A stretch of DNA of 64,000 nt from Octopus sinensis (Eukaryota): assembly GCF_006345805.1 (NCBI RefSeq), contig NC_043001.1, forward strand, positions 14,694,001 to 14,758,000, in the 5' to 3' direction. The notes under the pieces are model-generated. The model did not search any database and was not told the DNA's origin. It saw only the letters and a list, made by a program, of their open reading frames with translations. This document shows, one piece after another, positions 49,771 through 62,258 of the stretch; the first letter of the stretch is position 1; each line of letters begins with the position of its first letter. Position numbers and translations under genes: made by a program.

Positions 49771-49958
49771 GCTTATTAAGGTGGCGAGGTTGCTGAATCG
49801 TTAGCACGTCGGCAATATGCTTAGCGGCATTTCGTTTATCTATACGTAGAGGTAAGATAGGTACGTAGGTAGGCTAAGTGAGTCTCCTTTTAGGTCTAAA
49901 TACGATTGCGTGACTGACTTCGTAAAAAAAAGATGATACTTAAGATGTTTGTAATATT

Positions 49959-50190
49959 TATTTCTTTATTGCCCACAAGGGGCTAAACATAGAGGGGACA
50001 AACAAGGACAGACAAAGGGATTAAGTCGATTACATCGACCCCAGTGCGTAACTGGTACTTAATTATATCGACTTCGAAAGGATGAAAGGCAAAGTCGACC
50101 TCGGCGGAATTTGAACTCAGAACGTAACGACAGATGAAATACCGCTAAGCATTTCGCCCGGTGCGCTAACGTGTCTGCCACCTCGCTGCC
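49959..50190 (-). mobile_element. Family A SINE monomer
   Basis: Flanking repeat GTT(T/C)GTAATAT. Confidence 0.88.
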
Positions 50191-50697
50191 CGTTCGTAAT
50201 ATACGTTTGTTGTTCAGTGTTGGACTGATGATAATCAAAAGCAGGTACGTCAAAAGTTGAAGCTCGAATTCGGAAAAACATTCGCATGAAATGAGGTAAA
50301 CGCTCCTTAATGCATTTATGTAGCTAAGCTAACACCGCCAAACGTTCAAAGAAATTCGCTAATTTTAATTTTGGTGGCACCAGGTGTATTCATTGATGCG
50401 TTGAGCTGTGTTGATTCAAGAAAGAAAACCATAGAGATTAGTTTAATGATAACGACTCTTTCTAATTTTAGTAATTTTGAAAGGATGGGGCAAGTCGATT
50501 ACATCAACCAAGTACTTGATGGTACTTTGATTGAAGTACGTTATTATTTATCAACCCTGGAAGGCGAAGTTGATTTGAACTCAGATCGTAAAGAACTATG
50601 TTGCTAACTTTTTTTTCCAACGCACAATACCAGCTTGGTCAGCGCCTTTGATTTAATGATAATAATGGTCTTGGAGCTCTTTCCCAGATATTATTAA

Positions 50698-51310
50698 CTA
50701 GCAGCATCGCCCGGCGTTGGTCGGGTTTGTTTCGACCCTTTAGCATTGGAATTTTTGAAAAGTAAAAATTTTGCATTATGTAGCTTGTTATTCTCTTTAA
50801 GTGAACATTTTTCTGGTGGGAATACACCGAAAAATGGCGACACAGCAGTCAAAAAATCGTAAAAAATAGGGATTTTCATAGAAAAAAAGCACTTTTTTGA
50901 TGTAAATAATTTTTGGTGTTAACATGGTCCGATTTGAATTTTTTCTTCTACGGAGGGAAGAGCAAGCCTTCTTCTATCATACTCTCAATTTTGGTCAACT
51001 TGTACCGCAGGGTCTCGGGGGAGATAGTGTTAGTTGAAGGCTGCCAAACCTGCCATACACAGACAACTTCAGCTTTATATATATAGAGAGATTATTCTAC
51101 CATAAATTCTCAAGGACATTATTTGTTCATACGAGGTTTCTATTCATGTTTCCAACAGTTTAATTTTCAATATTTCCTAATAGATCCTTTGTTAACTTCA
51201 GAATATTTTGGTCAACTTGCGCCGCAGGGTCTTGGAGGAGATAGTGTTAGTTGAAGGCTACCAAACCTGCCATACACACACAGACAACTTCAGCGTTATA
51301 TAGAGAGAGA
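50698..51310 (-). mobile_element. Helitron H1 (50698-51091) plus an extra upstream 5' end (51203-51310)
   Basis: A|TCTCTCTATATA 5' ends at 51091 and 51310; single CTAG 3' end at 50698. Confidence 0.85.
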
Positions 51311-52087
51311 TTTAAGCGTAACAGATGAACACTTTTCACACCTCTATTTCATCGCTTTTCATCTAATCCCTTACTTCTGTTGATCTACTTAATTACCATA
51401 ACACCTTCATTATTCGTATACTCAATCAAATAACGGCTGCTGGGAAGGAATACCTATACCTCATGGCTGGATTGATCGAATTCTTGTATCAATACACGAA
51501 GACAAAGGATGCAAATATGTTTGTGATAATTCTTGATGTGCCTTCCTCTTCGAGTCCATTCGCATGGTCATACGTTGACCGCCAGTGAATCGGTCAATGA
51601 AGAACATCTATCCTTCAGGTGATATCCGAAACACAGTCTGGTTTTAGATTAAGAGGCATTATCATACGTGTGATAATTGAGAAAAGGGTAACGCTTCAAG
51701 AAAAGGGTAACGAGCAGCAGGTACCTTATGTCAGACTTGGTTGACTTAACAAACTCTTTGGCATAGACAAGCATTGGGAAAACCTCTTCGGGGTTTGGGT
51801 GGGCCGCCAGAAACTACATCGTAACATACAGACCCGGACCACTTTTAACGAGTAGCATTCTGATGAAATAAGCGCAGACAATGGAAAAACGAGGCGATAT
51901 CCTACCTACTACACTAATGTCGATATTCTTTACCGTGGCTCTGATTTGTGTTTTCAAGAATGTGATATTGGTATTTACCTGAAATTTAGAAGAAAAGGAA
52001 CATCTTTGATTTGAGGAAATTCAACAAGTCCAGGACATTCAGAACTTTAATATGAGAACTGCTTTATGCAGATTAAACTAATTTTGT

Positions 52088-52352
52088 TTTTCATGTAGGT
52101 GCAGGTGTGGCTGTGTGGTAAGAAGGCAGCGAGCTGGCAAAAACTTTAGCACGCCGGACGAAATGCTTAGCAGTATTTCGTCTGCCATTACGTTCTGAGT
52201 TCAAATTCCGCCAAGGTCGACTTTGCCTTTCATCCCTTCGGGGTCGATTAAATAAGCATCAGTTATGCACTGGGGTCGATGTTATCGAATTAATCCCTTT
52301 GTCGGTCCTTGTTTGTCCCCTCTATGTTTAGCCCCTTATGGGCAATAAAGAA
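52088..52352 (+). mobile_element. Family A SINE inserted after a family B head fragment
   Basis: GGTGCAGGTGTGGCTGTGTGGTAAG followed by AAGGCAGCGAGCTGGC...GCAATAAAGAA. Confidence 0.8.
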
Positions 52353-53251
52353 CTCATTTAAATAAAAGAGTTGGGAACTACTGTTGGGAACCACTGGCGT
52401 AGTGTAATTACAGGTACAAATGTAAATTAATTATCTGTCTGTCAGTTTATCTGAATTTATGTATGTATATACGTATGTATATATGAAAACATATAAGCAT
52501 ATATACATTGTGTGTTTATGTCCGTCCGTCTGTATGTATATATGAATTTTTCTTTTATTATCTTTTGTTTGAGTCATTAGACTACGGCCATGCTAGGGCA
52601 GCGTCTTGAAGCACTTTTAGCCAAATGATTCAACCACAGTACTTTTTTAAATCCTGGTACCTATTCCATCGGTCGCTATTGCCGAACTGCTATGTCACAG
52701 GAACATAAATTCACCAACACCACACACACGGCGGACTTCTTTCAGTTTCCGTCTACCAAATCCACTCTCAAGGCTTTGTTCGACCCGAGACCATAATAAG
52801 AGACATTTGCTCAAGGTACCACGAAGTGGGACTGAACCTATGACCATGTGATTAGGAAGCAAACTTTACACGGCCGCGCCTGCACCTATGTGTGTATGTA
52901 TGTTTATATCAGTCGGATTTTTCTGCTTTTTGTTTTGTTTCTGTTTTTGTTGACGAAAGGTTCTTGTCCGAAAAGTTACACTTCATTTCGTCACTGTTAA
53001 ATAATCTATACAGCTTTATCAACAATCTGTATTTACTATTTGTCGATGACGCAAGCGACCATCACTTGTTTCCTCGTATTCTATTCCACTTATGATTTTA
53101 CATTCGATTGCCTGGCAACAGAATTATAGTCGAGTCTCTGAAATTACAGCATTGGCAGACAGCTTCAGAATTCTACTGAAGAATGTATGCCATTGGGATG
53201 ACATCCTGAAAGCTCATAGAGACACCGAGAAAGACAGATATATATATATAC

Positions 53252-54004
53252 AGGCGTGGCTGTGTGGTAAGTAGCTTATTTACCAACCACATGGTTCCGG
53301 GTTCAGTCCCACTGCGTGGCACCTTGGGCAAGTGTCTTCTACTATAGCCTCGGGCCGACCAAAGCCTTGTGAGTAGATTTGGTTGACGGAAACTGAAAGA
53401 AGCCCGTCGTATATATGTATATATATGTATGCGTGTCTATGTTTGTGTGTCTGTGTTTGTCCCCCTAGCATTGCTTGACAGCCGATGCTGGTGTGTTTAC
53501 GTCCCCGTTACTTAGCGGTTCGGCAAAAGAGACCGATAGAATAAGTACTGGGCTTACAAAGAATAAGTCCCGGGGTCGAGTTGCTCGATTAATAGTAAAA
53601 GATATATATATATATATATATATTCTTTTATTCTTTTACTTGTTTCAGTCATTTGACTGTAGCCATGCTGGAGCACCGTTGAGCAAATCGACCCCAGGAC
53701 TTATTCTTTGTAAGCCTAGTACTTATTCTATCGGTCTCTTTTGCCGAACCGTAAACACACCAGCATTGGTTGTCAAGCGATGTTGGGGGAACAAACACAG
53801 ACACGCAAACACACACACACACACACACACACATATGTATATACATATATACGACAGGCTTCTTTCAGTTTCCGTCCACCAAATCCACTCACAAGGCTTT
53901 GGTCGGCCCGAGGCTATAGTAGAAAACACTTGCCCAAGGTGTCACGCAGTGGGACTGAACCCAGAACCATGTGGTTGGTAACCAACCTACTTACCACACA
54001 GCCA
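53252..54004. mobile_element. Inverted pair of family B SINEs (plus 53252-53590; minus 53625-54004)
   Basis: Homologous copies in opposite orientation separated by ~35 bp of (TA)n. Confidence 0.9.
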
Positions 54005-54170
54005 CATATACATATATATATAGGAAAGGAAAAATTAACACAACCCCACTAGTTACTGATTTATATATATATATATATATATACACCCTTGCATATATTT
54101 GTATAATGTATAATCACGTGGATTATGTAAACTCATACAGATATTTAATGACAAAGGACTACACACCCGT

Positions 54171-54222
<52 letters not shown>

Positions 54223-54667
54223 GCATTATATGTATTATGTGAGCTCGTGCAGGAACACAAATATATACGCCCATGTATATATATATTTGTATATGTGTAT
54301 TATGAAAACGCATACAGTATCACAAATATATACACCCACGTACGTACTTGCGTATAGGGATTGTTTTACGCAAGTCCATACAGACACTTAGAGATGCAAA
54401 TATACACACCCAAGTATGTATTTATACAGCCATAAATATTATATTAGGTCATAGCGGAACACAAAAAGATTTTCACATATTTATGTACACACCCAGGTAT
54501 ATGTGTGTATGTTTACGGTATGTTACGGAAGCTCGTAGAATTCATGCAGATACACAACACCTATGCGTTTGTACATAGAGTCTTTTATTCTTTTAATTGC
54601 TTCGGTCATTTGACTTCGGCCATGCTGGAGCACTGCTTTTAGTCGAACAAATCAACCCCAGGACTTA

Positions 54668-54723
<56 letters not shown>

Positions 54724-54729
54724 TTATTT

Positions 54730-54892
54730 TATTTTCTCTCTCTGCTTATTTCTGTGTTCCTCTCTGTTGAAGAGCGTAGGCTCGAAACGTAAAATACTTT
54801 ATCACTTCCTGAGCGTTAAACTAATACATCTGTTTGTAGCTTACACACCCGTCTTCGTCTTTTTTTTTTGTAAATTCCAACTATATATATAT
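54730..54892 (+). mobile_element. Penelope-like short element with hammerhead-like motif (CTGTTGA core variant)
   Basis: CTGTTGA-A-GAGC-GTAG-GCTC-GAAACGT-A-AAA at 54764-54794; (TA)n on both sides. Confidence 0.5.
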
Positions 54893-55190
54893 GGTTTGGA
54901 TTTTGGCTATTTCTTCTAGCATTCTAGGTGTTCTATGATGGCCACCTCTTATGTCTTTACATGCACACTGTATATATTATATATAAACACCAAATATATA
55001 CGTTTTATTTATTATTTTGCACATTACTTAATCATTAGTATATGTTTTATCTTATATTTAATCTTTCTATAATATGTAATTTTCTAGATGGTATAATTTA
55101 ATTTTTCATTATTGAATTGATGAAAGGTGTTTTTTTCTAATTTATATATATATATATATATACCGGAGTAAATACATAAAACACATAAAA

Positions 55191-55229
55191 CTATCCGACG
55201 AACGGGGACGTGAAACTCCGAGTAACAGG
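55191..55229 (+). ncRNA. Minimal type I hammerhead-ribozyme-like motif (best example)
   Basis: CTAT-CCGACGA-ACG(GGGA)CGT-GAA-ACTC(C)GAGT-A-ACAG: stem II 3 bp with tetraloop, near-palindromic stem III, GUA cleavage triplet, stem I 3/4 paired. Confidence 0.65.
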
Positions 55230-55264
55230 TTTTGTTGAATTTCTGCTGCTTTTAAATAAAGTAT

Positions 55265-55339
55265 CGATCTATCTGTCTATCTATCTATCTATCTATCTAT
55301 CTATCCATCCATCCATCTATCTATCTGTCTATCTATCTG

Positions 55340-55375
<36 letters not shown>

Positions 55376-55388
55376 CATATATATAGAG

Positions 55389-55465
<77 letters not shown>

Positions 55466-55580
55466 TATAGATAGATAGAAAGATAGATATATAGATAGAT
55501 AGAAAGATATATATAGATAGATAGATAGATATATAGATAGATAGAAAGATATATATAGATAGATAGATAGATAGAAAGAT

Positions 55581-55611
<31 letters not shown>

Positions 55612-55628
55612 TATAGATAGATAGAAAG

Positions 55629-55679
<51 letters not shown>

Positions 55680-55680
55680 C
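55265..55680. repeat. (TCTA)n followed by (TAGA)n tetranucleotide arrays
   Basis: Directly visible; the two arrays are reverse complements. Confidence 0.95.
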
Positions 55681-56372
55681 ACACACACATACATGTACGA
55701 GTGTAAATGCAATGACCCTGTGTGTGTGTGTTTGTGTTATGTAGACTCAAACAATATACGTAAGTACACATATTTGCCAACATGAGTGCATCTCTGTGTG
55801 AGCGCGCGTGCGTGAATGCTTGCACCTATGCTTATTACGCATTGTAGCATAAAATAATCAACTCGCGATCCGGTCATATCGGGGTGAACCGATGGAATTA
55901 TCGATCATTTGATCGCTATTGTGTTGTTTATTATTGTTGTATCGATAAAACACGATACGCTCAATAATAACAACATCGACTATTAATAAAAATAGCGCGA
56001 GCCTTTTCGGAGTCGCTCGACATGCTATAAATAGCAGCCAAATTGTAGACCCATTGTGGTTGATTGTAAAGATCATATCGCAATCACGAGGCGTTGCGAA
56101 GCATATTGAGTAAATGCATCTTAGCATAGCATCGGGTCGGTCGTGGTACGCTCGCTACAACGGAGGTACCTAAGACAGTTAGCAAAAGCATGTTACAGCG
56201 TACCAAGTCATCCTCGATCCTGAGCGACGACCGTAGTTTATATACATACACACCCGGACATATGTACAGACGCGTGCATGCATACATGGATATATAAGCA
56301 GATAAATGCATACATACACATGTATATACACATTTATAGATGGATACATACATACATACATACATGCATACA

Positions 56373-56405
<33 letters not shown>

Positions 56406-56421
56406 GCATGTAATATATATA

Positions 56422-57701
56422 TTGGGTTGTCCGGAAAGTTCGTGCCGATTTATAGTAGCTTACCTTTTGACTTATTTTAGAACATAGTTGAGTCCATAAA
56501 ATAGGATTTGACTACACCTCCATTTACAGCACAGTTTGAGCTATCTTTTCGTGGAAATATATGTTCCTATAACCTATGTTCATTCTGTAACCCTTTAAAA
56601 TGGAAGATAAGAAAGTTCATTTTCGGCACTTGATGCTTTTCTTTTTCCATAAAGGGAAAAATGCCTCACAAGCAACCAAAGAAATATGCGCAGTTTACGT
56701 TGATGTTTCTTTATCCGAAAGAACTGTACGGAAGTGGTTCGCAAGGTTCCGAGCTGGGGATTGTAGCCTTATTGATAAAGAGCGATCAGGCAGACCATCC
56801 ACTACAGATGATGACCAAATCAAGTCATTAATTGAGAATAACCCACATTGCATAACCCGAGAATTGGCAGAAAGCCTCAACCTATCAAAATCCGTCGTTC
56901 ATGAGCACCTGGTAAAGCTTGGGTACACAAATCGCTACGATGTTTGGGTACCACTTGAGTTGAGTGAGAAGAACCTTTTGGATCGCATTTCCATCTGTGA
57001 TTCGCTTTATAAACGGAATGAAAACGCGCCTCTTTTAAAGCAAATTGTAACAAGTGGTGAGAAATGGATTATTTTCCGAAATGTTCAGAGAAAGTGATCC
57101 TAGAGTAAGCGACATGAGCCACCCTTAGCCACCCCAAAAGCGGGTCTTCACCCTTAAAAAGTCTTGCTTTGTGTCTGGCGGGATTGGAAAGGAATTCTGT
57201 ACTATGAGCTTTTCCCAAGTAACCAGACAATTAATTCTGAGAAATACTGCGCGTAACTGGACGAGTTAAAAGCAGCAATTCAAGAGAAACGTCCAGAATT
57301 GGCCAACAGGAAGGGTGTTGATTTCCAACATGATAATGCAAGACCGCACGTTTCTTTGGGAACCATACAAAAATTGCTGCAGCTCGGCTGGGATGTGTTA
57401 CTCCATCCTCCATATTCACCAGATATTGCTCCTTCGGATTTCCACTTATTCAGATCTCTGCAGAATAGTCTTAATGGTAAAAATTTCAATTCCTTGGATG
57501 ACGTAAAAAGATACCTTGATGAATTCTTTGCCATGAAACCACCTGAATTCTGGGAAGAGGGTATTTTCAAGTTAAAGGAAAGATGGAGACGCATTGTGCA
57601 ACAAAATGGTTCATATTTGGTTGATTAAAAATGTAATGGCAAGTATTTATTGACCTTTTTCTTTCCTTTAAAAATCGGCACGAACTTTTCGGACAAACCA
57701 A
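56422..57701 (+). mobile_element. Full-length (1280 bp) mariner transposon, DD34D type, inactive
   Basis: ~30-bp TIRs TTGGGTTGTCCGGAAAGTTCGTGCCGATTT, TA TSD, transposase remnant inside. Confidence 0.95.
56600..57628 (+). pseudogene. Mariner transposase pseudogene
   Basis: HTH region, IVTSGEKWI (first catalytic D replaced by G), [25 protein letters not shown]; stops and frameshifts between 57095 and 57300. Confidence 0.95.
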
Positions 57702-58142
57702 TATATATATATTATATACATGCAAACACACACACACACATACATTCAACGGGCTTCTTTCAGTTTCTGTATATAAAATCCAATCACAAGGCTTTGGTCA
57801 GCCCGAGGCTACAGAAGAAGAGTGTCACACAGTGGGACTGAACTCGGAACTAAGTGGTTGATAAGCAAGCTATTTACCACTCAGCCACTCCTAAACTGCG
57901 GTCATACTGGAGAGCACCGCCTCGAAGACTACACACACATACACATGTACACACACACACATTCACGTACACACACACACACACACACACGTACGTACAC
58001 ACAGATATATATGTGTGTGTGTGTGTGTGTGTGCGTATTAAAAATTCAATGAAGTTGTCATTATCTTTAAAAGCATAGCCGCGGGCCTTCAGCTGAACAG
58101 ACGCATATGGAGAGGTAAATATACTTTTAAAAATAGTTTACA

Positions 58143-58545
58143 TAGGAGTGACTGTGTGGTAAGTAGCTTGTTTACCAACCACATGGTTCCGGGTTCAGTC
58201 CCATTGCGTGGCACCTTGGGCAAGTGTCTTCTACAATAGCCTCGGACCAACCAAAGCCTTGTGATGGATTTGGTACACGGAAATTGAAAGAAGCCCGTCG
58301 TATATATAGATGTGTGAGTGTGTGTGTGTATGTGTTTATTTGTTCTCCCCCAAGATCGCTTGACAACCGATGCTGGTGTGTTTTTGTACCCGTAACTTAG
58401 CGGTTCGGCAAAAAAGACTGATAGAATAAGTAGTAGGCTTACGAAGAATAAGTCCTGGGGTCGATTTGCTCGACTAAATGCGGTGTTCTAGCATGGCCGC
58501 AGTCAACATGGCGGTGCATCAGCATGGCTACAGCTCTGAGCTAAA
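58143..58545 (+). mobile_element. Family B CORE-type SINE
   Basis: Head, CORE-like block and tail, with the tail end partly duplicated. Confidence 0.88.
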
Positions 58546-58798
58546 ACTAGAGGAAAAAAAATAGTAAGCCTAGCTGATAAGCTTTAAGTGTCATTCGGCA
58601 CAGAAAGCGAAATCAATTGATACCAAGATGTCTACCCTCCTCTTTGTAGTTTTACAAATGAGGGCGACTGTTTTTCTAAGTATATTTGCTGCATTTTCCG
58701 TGCGTGTTTACATATAGTGAGAAATGCGTAGTTTTGGAGAGTTTTAACTGATCTTTCAAGCAAACAGTTACCTCTTATACCCTGGCTTTTAATATATA

Positions 58799-59190
58799 CT
58801 AGCAGTATCGCCCGGCGTTGCTCGGGTTTGTTTCGACCCTTTAGAATTGGAATTTTTGAAAAGTAAAAATGTTGTATTATGTAGCTTCTTATTCTCTTTA
58901 AGTGAACATTTTCCTGGTTGAAATACACCGAAAAATGGCGACACAGCAGTCAAAAAATCGTAAAAAATAGGGATTTTCATAGAAAAAAAGCACTTTTTTG
59001 ATGTAAATAATTTTTGGTGTTAACATGGTCCGATTTGAATTTTTTCTTCTATGGCAGGAAGAGCAAGCCTTCTTCTATCATACTCTCAATTTTGGTCAAC
59101 TTGCGCCGCAGGGTCTCGGAGGAGATGGTGTTAGTTGAAGGCTACCAAACCTGCCAAACACAGACAACTTCAGCTTTATATATAGAGAGA
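58799..59190 (-). mobile_element. Helitron H1, complete
   Basis: A|TCTCTCTATATATAAAGCTG ... CCCGAGCAACGCCGGGCGATACTGCTAG|T. Confidence 0.9.
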
Positions 59191-59740
59191 TAGATAGGTC
59201 TGATGGAGCTGACATACAATCAAAAGCGTTCCAGCCAGGATAGTTCTGTCTTTTATTCAGATATAATGTATCTTGGACTAGACCGTTAAATGTGTCCTGA
59301 TTTCTTTTAGGGAGTTAGATATGATTTGAGGGAGATTTGACTGCTGTTTATTGTTGATCACTTAGGCGTTTCTTCACTGAGTTAATTTTTACGTACTTTT
59401 TATGTCTATAAAAAGAAGAATGAACTACGCAGTTATCCAATATATGTGGATCTTATTATGGGTGGATTTGGTATATAGAGTACGTAAAGCATACATATAT
59501 ACAATAGCGAATGAATACGTAAATGTTTGAAGACGTTGTTACTGATGTTATTTAATTCTGAGTCAGTTCTGAATGAATTTGCAATACAATGAAAGGCGTT
59601 CCTCCATTTCGTGACGTCTTTCTGTGAATACGAATTCATTGTTCAACTTGTCTTCTTGTTCTTAAGACAGGAGGATGTAGTTCGAAGAAATGTGACTGCT
59701 GTTTCAAGCAGGTTGAGCGACTACGTAGAAGCTCCCTCAA

Positions 59741-60375
59741 AGGCGGCGAGCTGGCAGAATTGTTAAGCACGCCGGGCGAAATGCTTAGCAGTATTTCGTC
59801 TGGCATTACGTTCTGAGTTCAAATTCCGCCGAGGTCGACTTTGCCTTTCATCCTTTCGGGGTCGATTAAATAAGTACCAGTTACGCACTGGGGATCAATA
59901 TAATCGGCTTAATCCGTTTGTCTGTCCTTGTTTGTCCCCTCTGTGTGTAGCTCCTTGTGGGTAGTAAAGAAATAAGAAACGTTGGCACGCCGGGCGAAAT
60001 GCGTAGCCGTATTTCGTCTGCCGTTACGTTCTGAGTTCAAATTCCGCCGAAGTCGACTTTGCCTTTCGTCCTTTCGGGGTCGATAAATTAAGTACCAGTT
60101 ACGCACTGGGGTCGATATAATCGATTTAATCCGTTTGTCTGTCCTTGTTTGTCCCCTCTGTGTTTAGTCCCTTGTGGGTAGTAAAGAAATAGGTATTTCG
60201 TCTGCCGTTACGTTCTGAGTTCAAATTCCACCGAGGTCGACTTTGCCTTTCATCCTTTCGGGGTCGATTAAATAAGTACCAGTTATGCATTGGGGTCGAT
60301 GTAATCGACTTAATCCGTTTGTCTGTCCTTGTTTGTCCTCTCTATGTTTAGCCCCTTGTGGGTAGTAAAGAAATA
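59741..60375 (+). mobile_element. Family A SINE trimer
   Basis: Both junction types present; flanking repeat AGAAGCTCCCTC(A/T)AAGGCG, with the right copy interrupted by MITE M6. Confidence 0.9.
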
Positions 60376-60383
60376 AGAAGCTC

Positions 60384-60688
60384 AGATCTTTGACCGGCAG
60401 ATTTAGAAAAAATTTTTTGGAACTAAACACTTTCAAACTTCGTATACTGGTAGAATGTGTCATATAAAACAACGGCAGTAATTTTATTCAGTTGAATAAA
60501 TTGATTAGTTGAAATTACCGAAATATGACAATTTTAACACGAAATAACTTCATAAATATAAACTTTTCTCAAAAACGCTAAGAGTAAAAGACGTTTTATA
60601 TGACACATTCTACCAGTATACGAAGTTTGAAAGCGTTTAGTTACAAAAAATTATTTTCTAAATCTGCCGGTCAAAAGGTAAAAGATCC
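60384..60688. mobile_element. Merlin-like MITE M6
   Basis: TIR GATCTTTGACCGGCAGATTT / AAATCTGCCGGTCAAAAGGTAAAAGATCC; 8-bp TSD AGAAGCTC. Confidence 0.85.
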
Positions 60689-61039
60689 AGAAGCTCCCTC
60701 TAAGGCGCATCCTTTCGTAATTTTAGTCTAACTGCGAAATTATACAATGTCATTGTTTTCGGTAACTTGCGATGTGAACCAAGCTGACCATTTTCACCGT
60801 CTTTACAGCTCGTCAGGGCTAGATTAACTCCCCTTTTGAAGATGTTATAAAATTGTAGGTACAATGTATTTACAAAAACAATTTTACAAAGTTATGGAAG
60901 GCGATAGATTAACAGAATCGTTTGATTGTTCCTGGTCTGTGGATTGTAGGTTCAAATCCCACTGCGTCAAACTTTGCTTTCCATTGATCTGGGGTCGATA
61001 AATAAAGTACCAATTAACTACTGAGTCAATATTCCTCTC

Positions 61040-61499
61040 TCTCTTTCACTCTATCCATCTATCTATCTATCTATTTATCTATCCCCCCTCTCTCTCTCTA
61101 TCGTCTCTCTCTCTCTCTAAACATATATCTCTCTATCTCATCTCACTACGCTCTGTCTATCTATCTAGCTAGCTATCTACCTATCTCGTCTCTCTCTATC
61201 TATCTATCTAGTCTCTCTCTCTCTCTATTTATCTATCTATCTCGTCTCTCTCTACTCTCTATCTATCTATCTTGTCTCTCTCTACTCTCTATCTATCTAT
61301 CTATCTATCAATCAATCGTCTCTCTCTCTCTCTCTCTCTCTATCTATTTATCTATCTATCTAGTCTCTCTCTCTCTCTCTCTCTCTATTTATATATCTAT
61401 CTTGTCTCTCTCTACTCTCTATCTATCTATCTCTCTACTTTCTCGTCTCTCTATCCATATCTTTCTTTCTGTCTATCTCATCTCTCTTTATATCTATCT

Positions 61500-61530
<31 letters not shown>

Positions 61531-61540
61531 TTATCTATCG
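61040..61540. repeat. Compound (CT)n/(CTAT)n microsatellite
   Basis: Directly visible. Confidence 0.95.
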
Positions 61541-62258
61541 ACACTGACCTAACACGACTATATTTATATCACGTGGATGAGTCTCCCCACACATCTCTGC
61601 ACAGAAATTCTACTAACGCCTCACATTCGTCCCTTTCTTCATTGTCAATAGACTTATTCTAACGTTTATTGATCCCCTTTTATACGTTCAGTTTGGCCTT
61701 CCATACAAATAACTCTACTCGCCGGGTAAGATTTATTTGCTTTCCCAGTCCGACCTGCAAAGCCAAACAGGTTTGACATCCCTGGCCTAGCACTCTATAT
61801 TCACAAAGCATGCGACTAAAATTATAGTCCAATGAAGCCAGACGGTGTGGAAGGTATAGGCATGGACCATAGGGTGTGCAACAGTTAAAGCACAAACAAG
61901 CTTGGCGTTCCGACAAAAAAATACAATAGGCGTTATTAATGTATTAAAAAATAGGGAGTCATATTCATAAGGCTTAACCTTCAGTTATTTTATCTCGACA
62001 TTTTGAGAGGGACAGAGGTGGGGGTTAGCGGGTCCTAATCTCTATATATAAACGGCAAAATGTGTGTGTGTGTGTGTGTGTGTATTTATTTTTTCTTCCA
62101 GTAGCCGGTTCTTTTGGTCAATCTATCGTATCTCCAGCCGTTTCAGATGCCAAGAAATCAACAATTGTCAAAGTGTAGTACTACGGTTTTGCTATGGAAT
62201 GGTGAGACTACTTTTTTCGCTTCCTGAAAAACTAATGTTTTGGACTTACAACATTTTT

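Noticed and set aside
51330-52080. Host exons in unique-looking sequence (also 41690-41860 and 42420-42720)
   Set aside because: All frames close within about 55 codons and no peptide was recognisable; cannot be supported without RNA data.
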